Notes: generated by a model from the letters alone, not told the origin. Positions 11,339 through 24,452 are shown, counted from the whole stretch's first letter. The stretch is DNA of 63,958 nt, filler included, from Bigelowiella natans CCMP2755 (GCA_000320545.1; 7 parts of 7 records of this genome joined end to end with filler, not necessarily neighbours in it); one strand, 5' to 3'. Translations and numbers: made by a program.

Positions 11339-12079
11339 TCATCCTGTGGTAATGAGTAAATGTAAGACGTGGTCAAGGTTGCTAGTGAGAAGATTCAAAT
11401 TTACCCGATTCTCTGTTTGAACTTCCTGAATACCGTTTATGAGCTCATTTGCTGCGACTTTGGCGCGTTCCATCTGTCTTTCAAAGAAAGCTGTATACCC
11501 GTCTTTTGTATACCCGTCTTTCTGTTCGAGACCGGCGTAAGCTTTTTTTAAGTGCTCTTTGATATTGTATTTGTTGAAGCTACCATCTATTTTGAGGAGG
11601 CCAGTTGGTCCCCCCCTCCCAAATACGAATTTCGCACAAATGCTTCCATTTTCAATTTTTGCACGATATTGTTCCCACTTGAACTCGGTTTTATTGCTTG
11701 AGGAAGGATCGGATGAGGGTTGCAGTCTGCTGATTCGGGACCTAGAGCTAGACGAAGATTGCCGCGTGTCGTCATTCCTCATATGAGGAACCGGATTGGT
11801 TTGATGCTGCTGTCGGTTCGAGTAGCTTTGACACTTCTTTGAGGAAGGATCGTATGAGGGTTGCAGTTCGATGATCGGGGGCATAGAGCTAGACGAAGAT
11901 TGCCGCGTGTCGTCATTCCTGTGAGGAACCGGATTGGTTTGATGCTGCTGTCGGTTGGAGTAGCTTTGACACTTCTCCTCCTCCTCCCCAAACTTCCCTT
12001 TCTCCCCTAACACATCATGGCGAGAGTACGCATATTGCCCTTTGCTTTTTAACCCTGGTATGTCCCCCCCGTCCCCCAT
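11339..12079 (-). CDS. Hypothetical intronless 246-aa protein with an internal ~47-aa duplication
   Basis: ATG-initiated ORF. KCQSYSNRQQHQTNPVPH-RNDDTRQSSSSS...LQPSxDPSS occurs twice (DNA period about 140 bp, 11698-11976). Confidence 0.55.
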   Translation of the reverse strand: MGDGGDIPGLKSKGQYAYSRHDVLGEKGKFGEEEEKCQSYSNRQQHQTNPVPHRNDDTRQSSSSSMPPIIELQPSYDPSSKKCQSYSNRQQHQTNPVPHMRNDDTRQSSSSSRSRISRLQPSSDPSSSNKTEFKWEQYRAKIENGSICAKFVFGRGGPTGLLKIDGSFNKYNIKEHLKKAYAGLEQKDGYTKDGYTAFFERQMERAKVAANELINGIQEVQTENRVNLNLLTSNLDHVLHLLITTG

Positions 12080-12364
12080 TGTCTTTGATGTGATCAGGGA
12101 GACGTCGAACCGCAGACAGATGGTCGGTTACCAAACAACAAGCTTCATTTGGTGTTTGTCGGATTTTCTTCAAATTTTCCTGAAAACACAGGGCATTGTT
12201 TGGACTGCGACAAGCTCATGGATGTGATCAGCATCACATAGGCATGCGGAGGGTTTTCAAATCGGACACGATGGTCCTCGCAATGAGTTTTGTTGAGGCG
12301 CTGCTGCACGCATCGCATCCCATGTGGCTCTTGCGCAAGTGGATTTGCATCAATGCTGTGTTCC

Positions 12365-13007
12365 ATCCGGAAAATTCACTGAATGAAGCCTTGGATTTTG
12401 CGGAAGAATGAAGAGGAACTCATTTTGACACCCTTGCCAATGATTAGCAATTGATGATTGGCTCTTTCATGGCGAGAACTAGTGAATGCTTTGAGGTTGT
12501 GCATCGTCACAATGTGCAATTCAATTTCTCTCACCGCTACGCCATCATGGCGGCATGGCTCACACTCGTTCACGAGTGAGCACACTCAGATGTGGAACGT
12601 CAAAATGGACATGACTGGACGAGTCTGGACTCTTCAACCTTGAAAACAACCAATCTAGCAATGAGCTGGCTTTAGTTGACGTGCACACACCACCGTCTTG
12701 CTTGCATCAAGTTTCTCTTTGATTTTCAAAGCCGGTGTTTCCTTTTCCCTTCGTCGTTCCTTGCTCTGCTGTGCCTTTTCCTCATGATGTCACCATTGCT
12801 TCGTGCTGGGTCGGCGAGCAATGTGCACGTCTTTTTGCGCAGCAGAATGCAGTGCATGCGTGGGCCGAAGCGATGCACTGACATACTGCTTAGCGGGTGA
12901 CATGCAATTGCATGCATGGCCGATGCGCTGCTTGCAGAGCCATGAAAGCGGCCAATTTCTTTCGCCAAACCAAAAGCGTCAGTGCAGGACTCTCACCATT
13001 GTGTGGC
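12365..13007 (-). repeat. Right arm of the ~630 bp inverted repeat (partner 8163-8790)
   Basis: atccggaaaattcactgaatgaagcc...ctcaccattgtgtggc is the reverse complement of the left arm. Confidence 0.95.
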
Positions 13008-13099
13008 CAGTTTCATCAGTGGCAGTGTTGGCCAGAGTGAAAATGATGTCTAATGAACAGGATTGATGACTTAGAATGGCAGTAGATCCCGTCACAGCT

Positions 13100-16000
13100 A
13101 GACCACACAAGTGCACACATCAAGCGTTGTTTGTGTCCAAAATCTGCATGCGCTAAGCGCTCCGGCCTGGCACTTCACCCATGCCACCTTGCAAGAACAA
13201 AAAATGGCCAAAGTGCATGATGGCATGCTAAATGCATTCAGCCGAACTATGGCCAAGCTGTTACCAATGTCATCATCATGCTGCACCTCCTCGAATCTCA
13301 TTGCTTCTGCGCTGTTTGTAGCAGCTTGTGCGGCTCATTTGAAAACTTCCACAACTTCGTCTAACAAAAATTGTGGAGTTGCTTGCACGCAAGGAAGCAA
13401 CGAACAATCCAAAATCCCGCAACCTTTTGACAGCATCACATCAGTCTGCGATGAACCAGATCCCATGAAAATTTTGTAGGCTCGAGCAAACGAGCTGCTC
13501 GAGATAGCGCCTAAATATCATCACAAAATGTTGAAACGAACATTGCAAATGATCAAAGTTTTCAACAATGATGATAGCGATTTGTGTACGTAGCATGCAC
13601 CGTGCACGTGTACACAACGCATGCAACGTACATGCTACAAGTGAACGGTGCGATGCGATGCGAGAGTAACAAAGCGCAGTTGATCATCGTCGCTCTGCAC
13701 ATGCAACACACATGACATGCATAGACGTGCAGCATCTGCCGTCATGAATCACATGACCACCATGTGCCTCGCATGGATGAACAGGAGAAAACCCATTTTG
13801 CGGACGGATGATGACTCTGGACATATCACATGCAAAGATCGAAGCACCAAAGGAAGTGTATGACATCAAGGAATTTCATTCAAACTTCTGGAGTGCTGCA
13901 GTTCGCCACCAAGTCAACTCTGCGCAACCAACGCCATGCAAGATGATGCTCCTAAGATGTACGAGTTTGAGCATGCTACTTGCCCTCTCAATCCCCAATC
14001 GGACACTCTCGATCGCAGCTGGCGACTGGACATCTCTGCATATTGCCTCATTCTTGCGATTACGTTGGTTCGTTTTCTTTAAACATTCTTCGAGGCTCTG
14101 GACATTTTCTTTTGAGAGGTTCTCAAGGAGAACAGAAATAGATACGGGATAGAGACCGCAAGCAAAATCTTCTTCTAGTATCAAGAAACTAGAGCAGTTT
14201 ACTGAGGAATTCTCGAGATTACCTGAGGCTTGAATCCAATGAGTTCCTATGTTACAATAGCAATTGTCAATGTTGTTGGGGAACTAACAAAATAGAAATT
14301 ACCTGGAGGAATAGAATTCAAAATCTTTTTTGGTAAAGTTCTTTTGGACGATATTGCCTCCGAGTCCAATGATAGATATCCGATCCTTGCATCAGACTTC
14401 AAAGATTCAATAACTTCCTTGAGGCCAGCAGCTGCCTTTTCTTCCGCTTCAGATTTCTCAGAAACAGATTTCTCAATGATTTGCTGCAATGTATTACAGA
14501 GAGAAGTCGGGTTCGAAGCATTACTATTTAATCGAGTGCTGTCGAGAGCGTTATACACATCGTCAGCAATTTCTTCATCCTCTGTCAGCCGATTCACCCA
14601 ACGATTAATTCTAGAAGATCCTTTCATCAAGAATTCCTTCCTCTTTTTCATCTCAGATTCTGGAAATTTTTGAGATGAATGAATCATTTGCATGAACATC
14701 AAACTTCTTTGCATCGAAGAGTCCAATGTTTCAAAGCACCGAAAACCTGGGTTTGAATTGTATTCCTGTACCTACAATCAATGATGGACAATGTTATACA
14801 GCAGCTTGCGAGTTTGAATGAGTAAGTGCATTGTCATACCTGGCTAACATTGCCACGAATTAGAAACGCTGACGGAATCTTTAGCCCCTCGGCAACTACT
14901 TGCATGAGAGTCGACTTCATGTGGTATGTCAGAAAACTATCTTTCTCATTTCCTGCTTTACACGAGTATCTAACGGGAACAACATTTTCCATAGAAGGAG
15001 GCTTTTGTTCGCTATTTTCTTCATAGAAACACATCAATAAATAGTTGAGCAGGTTGCCCTCGGATCTTAGATTCTGAACAAAGGAATTGAATTCCGTCTT
15101 CTTCACGGAGTAATCGTACAAGATCGGATAAAGCCCTAACTTTGATTTTTGGGCACGTTGATTGTCAGATTTGGAAACAGGTGTAGGGACGTTACATGAT
15201 CGAATGCAATCTTCGATTGTCGTTTCAGTTTCTTTTGAATATCTCATGATGATTTTCTTATTGATCCTGTCAACAATGACTGAAATTCCTTCGTGGTTAG
15301 CATTCTCCCTTTCCACATATTCCCTTTCCACATATTCGCACAAATCGGCTGGCTTGCACCTCCTCAAACCATAAAAGAGTAGATCTAATCCAGCCTTGAT
15401 TTTGTCATCTGCTTTGTCAATGGTCTTGTTTTTTTTGTTTTTCCTTTTCCTGCCATAGAATGAGTCGACCTTCAATTTTTTCCCCTTCCGCAGCTGTTTA
15501 AGACTATTAAGAAGATCTGTTCCGTTGAACTTGTTTAAAATCCTGTCATTGTATTCGTGATGTTTGAAATCGTAAGCTTCAGATGTATCTATATCATCTT
15601 GTGGATTGTACGCATTCTGGTCTTCACGCGAAGGTGGAATTAAAGCTCTATTGGTCATATGTCTGTCCACCAACTTTGGTTTTGGATATGAGCTTGCATC
15701 CCAAATGAATCTGCGTCTGCTTTTAGTCAATTTGTGACTACGTTTCTGAAACCTTGTGACCAGATATTTCAAGTTCAAATATTCATCATCGTAAACCCGT
15801 TTCTTGATACCCTCCTGAATTTCATACAGATCAAGTGCTTTCACTTCTTTGATGCCTAGAGTCCTTAGGATCTTAGAGACTCTTATATCCTGTTTGTCGA
15901 GCATCTTGAGTTTACTGTTAGACTCATCATCCACTTGCTCAGTGTAGAAAGAATTTTCCTTCGCCTTAATCCAGAATTGCTCCACAACATTCTTGAGTTT

Positions 16001-17304
16001 ATTTCTACACTGATCAACCACTTGCTCAAGGTAGAAAAAGCTTTCCTTCGCCTTCTCCAACCTATCCTTTACCTCGCTCATATCGAAATCTTCAGTTTTT
16101 TGCAAATCTTCCAATTCCTGATCAAATTTTACATCTGATGTGATTGTGTCCAACAGATGGTTCCCAGCTTTCTTTGCAACTTCCTCTCCTATGCTCTCCA
16201 GTTCTTTCAAAGTTTTCGTAACACTCTTGGACAAGTCCAAAATCGTCTTGCTGTGCTTATTATTTACGTATTCTTGGACGAGCTTACTGAATTCTTCTTT
16301 GTGCTCTTCTTTTTTGGACTTTTGGTTTTTGGGTTTTTTATCTCCTGACTTTTCTCCTTTGTCGTGGTAGTCGGCGAAGAATGGGTGTTCCATCACGTTT
16401 TCAATAGTTTCTGTCCTATAAATATCGTCAACAATGGAGCTTTTGTATTTGTTAAAGAGATCGACCAGATTTTTGTCAGTTCCTTCAGGTAGTCTTAAAT
16501 ATTTCTTATCAACTGTCCTCGGATTGAATTGGCATTTAGCGTCATTGTCATAGTAAGGGACAAATGCAACACTATTAGGCCGTTTTAAAAGTAGTATGCA
16601 TCTTGTGATGGCATATATGTCGCGAAATTCAATCGCCTTTACCCTGTTCATTATATTTGCTGGAAAAATTATAAACATATACACATACACAAAAAAGTCA
16701 ACCTAGAACTGCTGTGTGTTCAGAAGAGAATACCTTCTCTTATCGTCTTGGTAGGTATGAAGCCATCGCTCCATACAATTTTCTTGGTTGTTGTTCCAAC
16801 TTTTTGGCAACCTCCAAAATCGGTCAGAAGAACACTCTAGTGGAAGATGATAGAAGTAAAATCAAACAGAATTGCCCAGAGTCACACGTTGTTACTGGAT
16901 CTTCGGCATATGTTTTTAAGTGTACACATTGTGGTCTTTAGTGGAGATTCTTACCCCATCAGTGCGTAAAAGAATGTTTTCCAGTTTGATATCACAGTGG
17001 ACATAACCAATTTTCTTGAGCTGCTTAGTACCCTACGCAGATAGAAACGTAATTAGACATCTTTATTTGTGTTGAAACTTACAATCTTCACCTCAGCTAT
17101 GTTCCAGATAATGTGCTTTATGATCGAGTCTTTCATTGAATTCGATGAATCTGAACTAGAATTTCTTTTGTTTTGGTAGTACCTACACCAACAATGTTAA
17201 GTAAATATTATCTCCTTACCCATGCGCTCAAATAGATCGCGAACAAAATAATATTTTCAACCGAAATCTGCAAGCATGTATCCCCCCCACGGATATTTTG
17301 CGAA

Positions 17305-17345
<41 letters not shown>

Positions 17346-20300
17346 TGAATGGTGACAAATGCAACTATTATACGCTGTTAGAAATTGCCGTTCAAATGAT
17401 ACAATGTGACGAAAGATGAATGTGTGATATGCTGATAGCCACTGAAAGTTCCACTGATGGATAACTTTCACGATGAAGCGCGGCTCAGAAGAAAAGAAAA
17501 TATAGATTACATGCACACACGTAGCTGCTGTTGAATATGATGAATGGATGGGAGGAATGTAGGGATTCGTACCACTTTCTGAACGACTTTAAATCTCCCG
17601 CCGAACAATACTCCATAGCATAGGCCAGACTGCCATCATGTAATTCTTCTATCTTTCCATAAAATTTAGGACCGTATTCACCCATATTGTTGAGGATTTC
17701 AACCTCTCTATCAAACGTTTTTTCGAATGGTTTGCGTTTTTTGTTCGGTTTCAGTTCGCAGTACTTGACAGCAAAAGTAGTATCATCGTCTCCGGTACTC
17801 CGGCACAGAAAAACTTTACCAAACCCCCCCGAGCCAATCTTGAATATTTTAACGAGCTTTTTCATTGAATAACGTTTTGATTTTCGCCTGGGACCTTTTG
17901 ACGATGGAACAGCAAAATGCTTTTGGCTAATAAGAATGTTTTCAATGAGACCCAGCGCCGCCTTCCTCTGTACTTCTATTTCCTCTTCATTTCCCTTTGA
18001 TAATTTGCAAAACTGGGTAGCGATATTCTTGACATTTTGTTGTGCTAATTCTTGCAATTTATCTTTAATAGACTGTTCATTTTGTGTAAAAATAAGTCCA
18101 TCATAGAAGTCAAAGTCTAAATCTTCATCAAAATTATTTTTTGGTCTCGCAATAGACATATTATTGTGAGCGTTCTTTCTGATTATGGACTTCCTTAGAA
18201 TCGTAGAAATCCCACCGTCTGCAGCCGTCAACGCGTCCTTCAGGTGGGCGAGAGTAAGATGTTGATAGAACGTTTTCAAATCTTTTCTACTGCGGTTGAA
18301 GAGCTGCTTTATCATTTCCGCAGTATCGTAACTTAGTTTATTGTGACTTGATTCCGGGTTCGGAAAATATTTCTTTTCGCATATCCCATCACATACTTCA
18401 TTTATTTTGCCTTCGGAATCGCGGGTTGCGTACCATTTTCCATCCTTACATTCAAACTCCGGGGTCTCACTAATCAGAAATAATATGAACTCTGCCTTAC
18501 TAAGTATCTCGTCCATGTAGTGTTGGTTTATCGTCAAGTCCTCTTCTCCTGTGTCATCTTCGAGGTTTGGAGCTGCAGGGGTTCCAGCTGCTAGCACATT
18601 TGGATCGTCAGAAGCAATCAGACGGATCTTAAGATCATTCTGTGCCTGTCCAAGAACCCGATCTCGGAGTTGCCGCCGCCCTTCATCCATCTTATGCCCC
18701 CAAACATCTTTGAAAATTGCCTCCCGACCAGCTATCCCCGGTCCACCTTCGAAGCTATTTGTACAGAATACGAGTCGAAGAGGGGCACTTTGTGGTTCCC
18801 GTTCTTCGAATATCCCGCACTCCGCTAATGGTTTGAAGTCATTCTTGCCCGCTTGGCCTAGTGTGGAAAACACGGATCGCATTGGAATCTTCTACGAACA
18901 GAATCTCAAACATGTAGTTCTTACAGATGACGAATAAGATGTCAATGTCCTTTATGACGCTTCGAATCTGACTAGCCTGATAAAAACGTCCAATGCAAAA
19001 CCGCAGTAGCACACATAACGCACACGCTTACAAGTGGTGGAACACGATCTGTTCCTCAGACATGAGGAAGGGGGAGGAATATAGAAAGAAAAGATCTAGT
19101 TTTAATCCTTATTGTTATCAGTGAAGGTGTTTGTGGCATTGAAAGTTAGACTAAATCACACTGTAGTACCTTTTGCGTATTTGCCCTCGCATCAGGATAT
19201 CCCGGAAGATCGTATAAGACGAACTAAAATTATCTACATCGGAAGGCATTCGAATGCTAGCACAATAACAAATTTACCCCTTCTCTGGAAATACCAAATG
19301 GCCTCTTTTCATGCCCTAGATCGCGCTTAGGACCATTTTTAGGATACAATTGAGGACCATACTTGATGTTGATGCATTTTACACTGTCCAAATACTCGTA
19401 AGAGTTCCCTTTTTGGTCTGTATCTGAACAAAGAATTACGTTCAAAACAAAGCTTTCAAATTCAATTCAAAAACCAAATTAAAAAAGATATTAATTCCCG
19501 TCACTTTTGAGGTCAAACGCGGCCTTGATCCTATCCTGAATTTTCCTCAACTCGCTCTGTACAAATTGAATTTCATTCGAATAGGACTATCAATCGAAGA
19601 TTAGTAAAAAAATACCACTAATTCTTTGGGTTCTTTTACGTCCTTAAAATCGAAATAATCCGTGGTGAGCAGTTCGTCAATTTTTCTCTTCTCTTCTTTT
19701 CCTACTTCAGCAGTTTGCTTTAGGGATTCGAGCCTCTTCCTGCCGTGATCCTTCCACTCAATTGTAATGGTAGGGTGTTCTGATTTAAAAATATAGAGGT
19801 TGGGAATGCTGCAAGTTACACTTTGTTACAATAATGACATCGCTAAATACTGCAGAGGGTCTAGGCTTCGACTACCTAAATTTGGTACATATGTCCATTT
19901 GCATATGAACGTGGTCAAGCCTACGTCTTGTCTCTGAGGATCATTAAGTGCAAATGAAGAGAACTGACAATCGCTTATTCAGAGCTCCTCTTACCCCTGA
20001 AGCCTCAGACTGAGCTAGAAAGTATTTCTTGTATTTATCTTCATTCAGAGGATCTACGATCGGATGCAGTGGTGATAGAAAAACAATATTGTTGCGTCAA
20101 TACAGGGTTGCCCTTTGGAATAGACAGGGAGATTCTTCAACTGCTCACTACTTTCGCCGTATATGAGGTAGTTCGTTAACATAGACTTTCCAGTTTGTGG
20201 TCGTCCAAAGAAGGCAACCTATATTAATACAAAAGGACATAATGAGCAAAATACTAGAGTGTGAAAGTTTCAATTTCTAATCTACCTTGATCTCTTTTAC

Positions 20301-21202
20301 GTTTTGTTTCTATTCACAACAAAAACAATGTATCAGTATATTAACAAAGGCATAATACGAAAACCAAAAGTCAAAACGAAGGAAACCTCTTGAGACTTCT
20401 CCGCAAGCTGTTTCAGGTGCGGCATGTAGGCGAAATGATTGACCTTGAAAATGAAACAAGTATGAAAAGTTATTTCTTATGGTGTACTTAAAGCTGCGTC
20501 TCAACACTTGTCACACTATGCTCTTCGTCAAATTACCGGAGCACTCCAATCCCAATCCTCACCCTTTACTTTCAAAATTTCCAACGTTTCAATTGCTTCT
20601 TTCTCCTCTTTTTTGATCGCGTCTTGAATATCTTCGTCGGTTGGATGATTTGACGCTCCAGAAGAGTAATTGTAAGTTTCTGTTATACTTATGCTGGTGG
20701 GGACCTTCATGTCTTCTAAATTATTTTCCCATTTTTTGGTGGATGGGCATAAAGATTCTGTTCCTCCTCGTTCGGGTTTTTGGATATTAGCAGCTTGAGT
20801 CTGTAATTGGAAAGTACTCAATTTGAAATTTCAGGTAACTAATAGGAGAAGTAAACCTTCTGTCTTTTGCCAGAGGAACTACTCTCAGCATCATCTCCTG
20901 AATGGTAAATATTCACATATTATCGTCTTTGTTATGCTACAGCTGTCTATTCGGCATATTACGTCGTCTCTTCTCGCTCTGTTTCGGTTTCTTGCTAGAT
21001 TTCTGGGCAGAAGTCTTTTCCTAAAATTTATTTGTCCTTTAGCAACTATAGAACGATACACCAATACATGCATCTTACCTCTTTCTTGTGTTCGGATATA
21101 AATCGATAGAACTGTTACAAACAGCAAGCATAATAGTTAGTCGCACGAAATCACACCAAAAGGATATGATTTTCGATGTACCTTGATTTCTTCTATTTTC
21201 AT
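13100..21202 (-). CDS. Large multi-exon gene: dynamin/SLIP-GC-like P-loop GTPase + Ser/Thr protein kinase + coiled coil + unknown C-terminal region; 3' end (about 13100-14150) degenerate, 5' end may run to the contig gap
   Basis: G1 VAFFGRPQTGKSMLTNYLI (about 20165-20218), G2 VGLTTFICKWTY (about 19890-19925), G3 FVLYDLPGYPDARA (about 19180-19223), G4-like LVFCTNSFE at the start of ORF 17485-18882. That same ORF contains kinase IGSGGFGKVF, FAVK, REVEIL and AMEYCSAGDL. Later exons give YVHCDIKLENILL, LLTDFGG, DIYA and EHPFF. Confidence 0.8.
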
Positions 21203-21338
21203 GTCCTGCCGCAGTGCCCTACCAATCGCCTGATCAATTTTAAAAATGAAACTACTCACAGCTGACAACCAATGTAATGTATGGATGAATATTTAACGAG
21301 TAAGTACTTTTAATATGAATGCATAAACAACCACATAA

Positions 21339-21392
<54 letters not shown>

Positions 21393-21438
21393 CTTCTCTC
21401 TCTCTCTCTCTCACACACACGCACACACACACACACGC

Positions 21439-21538
21439 NNNNNNNNNNNNNNNNNNNNNNNNNNNNNNNNNNNNNNNNNNNNTTAATTAATTAANNNNNN
21501 NNNNNNNNNNNNNNNNNNNNNNNNNNNNNNNNNNNNNN
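21439..21538. other. Artificial contig linker (N44-TTAATTAATTAA-N44)
   Basis: 100-nt spacer with stops in all six frames; the same spacer occurs six times in the window. Confidence 0.98.
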
Positions 21539-21579
21539 ACTCAAATACGCAAACATAATGTGAAAGTAATCGGACGTGT

Positions 21580-21867
21580 ACGTACCAAGCTAATAACGGT
21601 GCAAAGACTATATGCGTCCTTCACCTGAGAGCCAAAGCACACAGCAGCCACCACCATCACCACCACCAACACAAACACCGACAGCGAAGCAAACAAATGC
21701 ATCTTGAATGCACACGATGTGTACGAGCCGCTTTTTTGGCCTTTGTGCATGTTTGCGTGTGCTTGCGTGTGCGATAACCAGAAGGAGCATAGCATACTTC
21801 GTATGCGGATGGAACCCCTCCCCCTTTCAAGGCAAAGAGAGAATAAAAGTGAGGATGATAAATGAAT

Positions 21868-21905
<38 letters not shown>

Positions 21906-22126
21906 CATGTTATAAATCATAACAGGAATTTTACTCTAAATACAATCTTCCTGTAAATCGTTATCTTTTTCTTCTTCTTTATCATCATCATCATGGTCGC
22001 CTCTCTCCTCTTATGTAGTTGTAGTAGCAGCATGCTTCTCAGCAAACAGTATTGCTAACCACCTCCTCAAAGGGCTTGCACTCGCATAGATCTTTCAGCT
22101 AAATAGAGCACCAGCAATAGGTCACG

Positions 22127-22161
<35 letters not shown>

Positions 22162-22230
22162 TACCGAGCGAGATCTATTTTTTGCCATATATACATTACA
22201 CACACACACACACGCACACACACACACATA

Positions 22231-22283
<53 letters not shown>

Positions 22284-22400
22284 CATGAGTGTGTGTTTAT
22301 TGGTGAAAGAGCACATATCAAAACCTGATAGATGAGACTTTTGTACACTTTGAGGAGCTCTTTACGCGACAAGGCCTTCATCTACACGCAGACGAGCGCG

Positions 22401-22452
<52 letters not shown>

Positions 22453-22584
22453 CAACAGAACGTAAATTATGACTTTCAGTCAGAGAAGGCGGGGATTGCC
22501 AGTGAGCACGTACCTCTTGTTTCGAATCAGTAGTAAAGTGCTCGATGCTGCGACCGAATTCTCGATAGGCTATGATCTACGGAG

Positions 22585-22627
<43 letters not shown>

Positions 22628-24452
22628 AATATAAATATTATATAATTTACATTAATTACTTGACACACACACACGCACACACACACACACACACAGAGAG
22701 TGAGAGAGATAGAGAGAGAGAGAGAGAGAAATCTCCTAAACACATGTCGTGTCCTGCTCTCCTCCCACCTTGTGAGAGAGTGCTGTGTATGTTTGTGCGT
22801 GTGTTAGAGTGACCCACGCTGAGGGGGAGGGGGAGGGGGGGGAGGGACAGAGGAAGAGAATAAGAGCTCTGTAAGTAGAGCAGATACGCATATTTCAATG
22901 CCGTAGTTACCAATAATAGACAAGATGGACAGGACGCTCTCAAACATGCATAAGCATGATGTTTATGACATGCATAAGCATGATGTTTATGCTGCATCAA
23001 ATGGTGGGAAAGCAAGTACATGAGGTAGTCGTCCTGTCAAGGTAGGCGCTCAGGTTCAGGAACCCTACTGATATCCCCGCAACCCTCTGCGCAAAGAAGG
23101 CGATTGAAATTATCTTCTTGCAAGAGGATGTAGTGATGATGATAATGATGATAATGATGACGATGATGATGGTGATGATGATGCTGGTTGCTTAAAACTT
23201 TCTCAAATATATAGGAAAATAGTGAATTCTCCCTCATAAACTGGAAAGCGGTCGCAGCAAGGAAACACTGCAGACGAGAAGACTGTTTGCATAACCTTGG
23301 AAAATGAATCATCGTTCCGCTGGGACAACCCCTTGTGAATAATGAGCAACGTCTTGAAGACAATCTGCAATATATAATACATCAGATATCTAAGAATAAT
23401 GACGGAAGGAAAAAAAGAACACCGCCGCCGCTCACTGCCTCTCAATGATAAGATGAACTTCACCATTGATAATTATAGGCTCTCCGCCAAAAGACCCCAC
23501 CCTCCACATTATGCTCTAGCTTTCAAGGATTTTGAGGCACATGACCTGCCAATTTCCCTGTGTCTTTTGAGCTTTTTCGAGGCGCTTTTGTAGCAGTGCT
23601 AGCGGCTCGAGGCCCTGCATGTTAATGGAAAGCTCGATTTTCTGTCGTTTTTTGTTTTGCTGCTTTCATGGATCAATTCTCGCTATTTCCTCGAGGGCAA
23701 TATCATCATCGCCGTCATCACCATTATCATCATTGTTACTACTACTGTCTTCGTTGTGTAGAGAACACAACTTACCGCAAAGCCTTTGCGACGCATCTCA
23801 CTAAAGATTGCTGTGAATAGGGAGGAGGAGCAACATACATGTGCGGTTAGAAGCATGCTTTTCCACGCATAGTTGAGGGGGAAAAGGCGTGGAGCTGCGC
23901 GGAGCCCGCACTTACATCTACCTTTCACATGCTTCGCTTTTGGTATTTCCTGGCGTTGTGGAAAACAACACAGAAAGAGGAGGGGTTCAGTCATCGATCG
24001 ATAAAAAATCGGACTAAAGTTGATGTGGTTTGCGAGCGCGCTCATGTGTTTGATTCGTGTCACATCTTCTCACATGGTCCGGGAACGTGGCCTTGATAAC
24101 ATGAGCTTCGATTTCCGTGGCCCCAACTGAATTATCACGAATACAAAGAAACGCTCACACACAAAGACACGATAACACACGCTAGTTTATCAGAGTAAAC
24201 GCTCGCCGATTTAGAGGGATGTATTTTTCAGCTTTGCTGTTCGTGTCATGTAGATCTTCCCATCCCTCGAAATAGGTTACCAGTTGCTATTTTCCTGAGC
24301 ATCTCCTCTCCCTCCAGAACGAAATCTAAATGGAGAAAATCTCAACGACTTTGATCACGCTCGGATAGCAAACAACGGCTCAATAACGCCTTAACAACGC
24401 TACCAAGCGTCGTTGTATAAAGGCGGTTCTCTGGTTCGAAGTAGGTCTTCAT
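21580..24452 (-). CDS. ANTH-domain clathrin assembly protein (AP180/CALM/HIP1-like), 3' truncated by the linker
   Basis: Exons give IEAHVIKATFPDH|EIPKAKHVK...LLQKRLEKAQKTQGNWQ|IVFKTLLIIHKGL, matching the ANTH consensus KAT...PKxKH...RL...WxIVFKxLIxxH. Confidence 0.8.

Noticed and set aside
14834-20220. Roco/LRRK assignment for the GTPase-kinase
   Set aside because: G-motif spacing and DLPG are dynamin-like; no Roc-COR or LRR features were seen.
21483-21494. TTAATTAATTAA palindrome recurring six times inside N runs
   Set aside because: Assembly spacer with six-frame stops; not biological. Gene neighbourhoods across it are not meaningful.
22122-22381. ORFs made of CV/YI/TH/SL runs here and throughout the window
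   Set aside because: Translations of intronic (CA)n, (TA)n and (GA)n microsatellites.
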